From Desulfurococcales archaeon (GTDB taxonomy: Archaea > Thermoproteota > Thermoprotei_A > Sulfolobales > Desulfurococcaceae), in contig JALVYU010000026.1 of NCBI GenBank assembly GCA_027022365.1, forward strand, positions 128,001 through 192,000: 64,000 nucleotides of DNA. Reading direction: 5' to 3'. This document shows, one piece after another, positions 60,656-64,000 of this stretch. The notes below the pieces were generated by a model. That model saw only the letters and a program-made list of their open reading frames with translations, ran no database searches and was not told the origin of the DNA. Both the position numbers and the translations under genes were made by a program. The number at the start of each line of letters is the position of its first letter. Positions within the stretch are counted from its first letter, which is position 1.

Positions 60656-60761
60656 TGGAGCCGCCGGCGGGATTTGAACCCGCGACCACCGGCTATCCCG
60701 ACGGGCCTGATACGCCGAACCGCTTACAAGGCCGGCGCTCTACCGGCTGAGCTACGGCGGC
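60656..60761 (-). tRNA. tRNA-Thr(TGT) with 30-nt intron (60695-60724)
   Basis: GCCGCCG stem, CCGGC-CTTGTA[intron]A-GCCGG, TTCAAAT, encoded CCA; 76 nt after splicing. Confidence 0.94.
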
Positions 60762-60966
60762 ACAAACCATTAAAAACAAAATCCGGAAACACCTTTAAAG
60801 AATTTTTCCACAAGAACAAAGATGCCCGCCCACCTAAAACATTAATTACCTAAACAAACTCCTCTTCCACAAAGGTACTAGACAAATCACTACTGTCGGT
60901 AATGGATTATTTCCGGGATGTGTTTTGTGCTTGTTTATTTCTGGGAATATGTGATTGTTCTTGATT

Positions 60967-61109
60967 CTGTGTTAGCCTATGCTTAACACTTTATCGCTGA
61001 TCTATACCAACCGGTTTATGGTGGCTCTCACCGGGCCAGTGGATCGTTAGTGGAAGCACTCAGAGCAAAACATAAAATATTAAAACAACCAAATAAACAA
61101 CAAAGAACA
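60967..61109 (+). promoter_or_regulatory. CRISPR leader of array 2
   Basis: Inverted near-copy of 13320-13462, directly 5' of the first repeat. Confidence 0.88.
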
Positions 61110-61432
61110 GTTACAAACACAAAGAACTGAAAGCAATACATATTGGGTCGTATAACCCACGACGGTGAAGACATTCACAATACTTGTTACAAACACAAAG
61201 AACTGAAAGTGTATGGGTACCACTTCGGATTGATTGGCTTCTCCCCTCTGATCCTTGCCTTCGTTACAAACAAAAGAACTGAAAGTTATTCATGAAACAC
61301 CCAGAACTAGACACAATCACAAAATGAAGAAGGTGTTACAAACAGGTAGAACTGAAAGTAGAATCGCCGACGCCGAGACCAGCATACTCGAGGACAAAGC
61401 CGTGGCTAAGTTACAAACAGATAAACTGAAAG
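61110..61432 (+). CRISPR. Mini CRISPR array 2: 5 variant repeats (GTTACAAACA-var-AACTGAAAG), 4 spacers of 52/53/49/51 nt
   Basis: Repeats at 61110-61133, 61186-61209, 61263-61285, 61335-61358, 61410-61432. Confidence 0.95.
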
Positions 61433-61603
61433 ATGAATGCTTGATGTAATAATTCAAATAGTTTTATGTTATTCTATGAACTCTAAACTCTAGGTAACAA
61501 TTATCTCTGAGGTACTTTTCTACGTAGAATTTGAGAAATAAGGGATAACCAAGTGTATTGTCGGAAAAGTAGTTGTCTTCTTGTAGGAGAGAGGATTTGC
61601 TCG

Positions 61604-61691
61604 TGGTGCGGGGGGTGGGATTTGAACCCACGCAGGCCTACGCCATCGGGTCCTGAGCCCGACCCCTTTGACCAGGCTCGGGCACCCCCGC
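61604..61691 (-). tRNA. tRNA-Leu(CAG)
   Basis: Differs from the tRNA-Leu at 12745 at only 3 of 88 positions; anticodon CAG; encoded CCA. Confidence 0.97.
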
Positions 61692-61698
61692 GTCTGTT

Positions 61699-63129
61699 TT
61701 ATTGGATTTGGGCGTTGGGGTTATAAATGTGGTTTTCGGGTTTTTCTCTGATTTTTCGGGCTGTTTCGCGGGCTTTTCTGGCTAGTTTTTCCGGTATTAC
61801 TCCTTGTTCTAAGAGTTGTTCTAGTTCTTCTTCGTCTATTATCTGTGTTTTTGTCCTTGTTATGACTATGTCTATTGCTAGGTCGTGGTATTTTATTTCT
61901 CGGGGCAGTATTTCTGGCGGCGTGTTTATGTTTACGTATGTTCCTAGCCATTCTTCTCCTCTGTAGTAGTTGTGGCTTATCCACCACTCTCCAGTTTTTA
62001 TGAACATGTAGTCTATGTCTCCCGGTTTTTTCTCCATGTTTAGCCCGTCGTATACTCCCTTGGAGCGCATTGTTCTTTTAACAATGAGTGTTGCACCTTT
62101 TTTGCCTATCTTTATCTCGTGTACTGTTCCTGGTGTTAGATGTAGTTTTTCACCTGTGGGCTTTATGTGTGTGATCCCTATTCTGGTCTCCTTGTTTTTC
62201 TCTAGAATATAGTCTCTGATACTATGTGAGGCATGCTCTCTCGTGAATACTTGTTTCTGGACCAGGTATTCCGTATAGTCTACTAGCTCGCTGAGGCTTT
62301 GGTCGTGCGTTGATTTTAGGCTGTGATGCCCGGTTATCGTCGGGACTACCTGGTTGCGTATCTCGTCTAGTCTCTCCTTGGCTCTACTTGTGAGACCTAT
62401 TAGGCCGAGGTATTCTCCGGGATAGATTATTGTCGGTTTTTCAGGCGGCTCCATAACTAGGATCTCGTCCAGTTTTTCCAATAGTTCGTCTATCTCTCTC
62501 ATTATGTCTTCGTCCGAGGCATACATGCTACTGCTTCTTAGATGCACGCCGACTCCTTTTCCGAAGACCTTGGATGCGGCAAGGGCTAGTAGGTAGTCTC
62601 TCCTAGCCTTATCCCTTATGTGCTCTGATGCTGTAAGTTTGGGCACGCCATGGATTAGCGCGACGTATTTTCCAATGATCCTGATATTTGTTGTAAGCCT
62701 GATCTTCTCCCCTGGCTTGACAGGGGGTCTCGCCACGGCCAGAATGACTTTTTCTCCAGGCCTCCTCCCGCAGTTGAATAGTTCTCCTTCAAGGCCGAGT
62801 GGTAGTTTGACCCGGCACACTCTATCGTTACTCTCGATGATTACTCCGGAGACTATGCTCCATAGGCCGAGCCTCGAGCGCCACGTGAACACGTCTTCGA
62901 GCGTCTCTACAAGTAGCTCGTAGACCTGTCTGGCTGGCTCCGGGAAGCCGATCACTAGTATCTCGTCGTTGTCCGCGTCCTTCACAGTCACTTCTGCCGG
63001 GCTTGTATTGAAGCCTATACCTAGTCTTTCCTGTATAGGCTTGCTGGCCTGAACAATAGTGTAGCCATGATCAAAAAGAATTTTGGATACAGCTGTAGCT
63101 ATGATTCCACGCACACGTACATTCGCCAA
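61699..63129 (-). CDS. fau-1: FAU-1 RNA-binding ribonuclease (RNase E/G-like plus DUF402)
   Basis: VRVRGIIATA, GHH, GVYDGL, YVNINTPPEI, YHDLAIDIV. Confidence 0.9.
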   Translation of the reverse strand: MANVRVRGIIATAVSKILFDHGYTIVQASKPIQERLGIGFNTSPAEVTVKDADNDEILVIGFPEPARQVYELLVETLEDVFTWRSRLGLWSIVSGVIIESNDRVCRVKLPLGLEGELFNCGRRPGEKVILAVARPPVKPGEKIRLTTNIRIIGKYVALIHGVPKLTASEHIRDKARRDYLLALAASKVFGKGVGVHLRSSSMYASDEDIMREIDELLEKLDEILVMEPPEKPTIIYPGEYLGLIGLTSRAKERLDEIRNQVVPTITGHHSLKSTHDQSLSELVDYTEYLVQKQVFTREHASHSIRDYILEKNKETRIGITHIKPTGEKLHLTPGTVHEIKIGKKGATLIVKRTMRSKGVYDGLNMEKKPGDIDYMFIKTGEWWISHNYYRGEEWLGTYVNINTPPEILPREIKYHDLAIDIVITRTKTQIIDEEELEQLLEQGVIPEKLARKARETARKIREKPENHIYNPNAQIQ

Positions 63130-63141
63130 GCCGAGACCACG

Positions 63142-63420
63142 CTAGTCTCTAACTGTCTCGAGTATAGCGATGATCTGCCATATTTTTGTCCTAGTGTTTA
63201 TGGGCATGTTCGGGTCCTGGCTTATGGAGTCCAGGATGCTTATAGCGTTGGCGGCTCTGACGCCTGGACTATACTTCGTATTACGTAGCTGGTTAAGAGC
63301 CTCTGTAGCGGCTCTACGAATGTTTCGTGGTACACCGGTATCGTTAATAATACTCATAAGCATGAACATGGCGTTCCTTATTTTTGTCTCATTATCGATT
63401 ATCGTGGCCATAACGCTCAC
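63142..63420 (-). CDS. UPF0147 family protein
   Basis: [25 protein letters not shown]. Confidence 0.92.
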   Translation of the reverse strand: MSVMATIIDNETKIRNAMFMLMSIINDTGVPRNIRRAATEALNQLRNTKYSPGVRAANAISILDSISQDPNMPINTRTKIWQIIAILETVRD

Positions 63421-63587
63421 CCCTACAGCTTATCTTATAAGCGGAGCGTCTCCCTATTTTTCCATAACAGGTATTTGGTATTAAATAATAATCTTTATTT
63501 AAACTTGTACTTCACATACTAATAATAATTATTTTCATAAATATAGTGTCCGGCTATAGAGCCAGGCATTATTGTAGGTGGTGAAGA

Positions 63588-63962
63588 ATGAGTAGAATCA
63601 GCCGAGACAAGGTTGTCAGGAAAATGGCTGAGCTCATGAAAGCAGGGGCCGTGATGCTTTCTGATACATGCCCTGTTCAGGGATGTAATCTACCATTATT
63701 CAAGCTCAGATCAGGAGAGATAGTATGCCCTGTTCATGGAAGAGTAGTTGTTGTTCGGAGCGAGGAGGAAGCTGTTGAGGTCACTAAGAAGTATGGCTTG
63801 GCCGGTGTACTGGATAAGTTAGAAGACTATGCGATTAAGACGATTGATTCTATGGTGGGTGAAGCTTCTGATCCGTCGCTTATCATTGAGTGGCTAGAAG
63901 TGATTGAGAGGGTTGAGAGGATCAAGAAGATGATTAGGGCGACCCCTAGAAGTCAATCCTAA
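63588..63962 (+). CDS. UPF0148 / SSSCA1-like zinc-ribbon protein
   Basis: KMAELMKAGAVML..CP...C..PLFK...GEIVCPVH. Confidence 0.9.
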   Translation: MSRISRDKVVRKMAELMKAGAVMLSDTCPVQGCNLPLFKLRSGEIVCPVHGRVVVVRSEEEAVEVTKKYGLAGVLDKLEDYAIKTIDSMVGEASDPSLIIEWLEVIERVERIKKMIRATPRSQS

Positions 63963-64000
63963 GCTTCTCAGCAACTAGTTCCTTAACATCCCGATAAACC

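Noticed and set aside
12956-61432. Self-targeting or shared spacers between the two arrays
   Set aside because: No spacer match to the other array or elsewhere in the window was seen by eye; needs BLAST to exclude
61255-61449. 64-aa ORF across CRISPR array 2
   Set aside because: Made of repeats and spacers
61699-61990. Strong T-skew at the 3' end of fau-1 (similar A-skew near 12600-12740 and 60480-60650)
   Set aside because: Compositional skew near tRNA promoters; no discrete repeat or element

Overview
64 kb of a hyperthermophilic crenarchaeal chromosome (Desulfurococcales-like gene content; inferred from gene families, intron-containing tRNAs and C/D-box sRNAs). Most of the window is core translation, RNA-modification and repair genes (valS, mtnP, nob1, trm5, pcm, fen, cdc48, EF-1beta, pth2, truD, FAU-1). 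It also holds a tungsten AOR-family cluster, a 12-gene Mrp/complex-I-like operon with an MBS-type (no NiFe) catalytic subunit, five tRNAs and several unannotated guide-sRNA candidates. The most striking structure is a pair of cas-less 5-repeat mini-CRISPR cassettes. Each sits next to the 3' end of a different tRNA-Leu gene. They share a near-identical 143-nt leader and conserved trailer blocks but have different ~50-nt spacers, and they lie as inverted copies around ~48 kb. A second accessory island at tRNA-Arg(TCG) contains a 980-bp toxin-antitoxin-only module flanked by att-like direct repeats, a probable integrase remnant, a HincII-like R-M pair and a helically phased repeat. All calls are by eye from motifs; no database searches were run.
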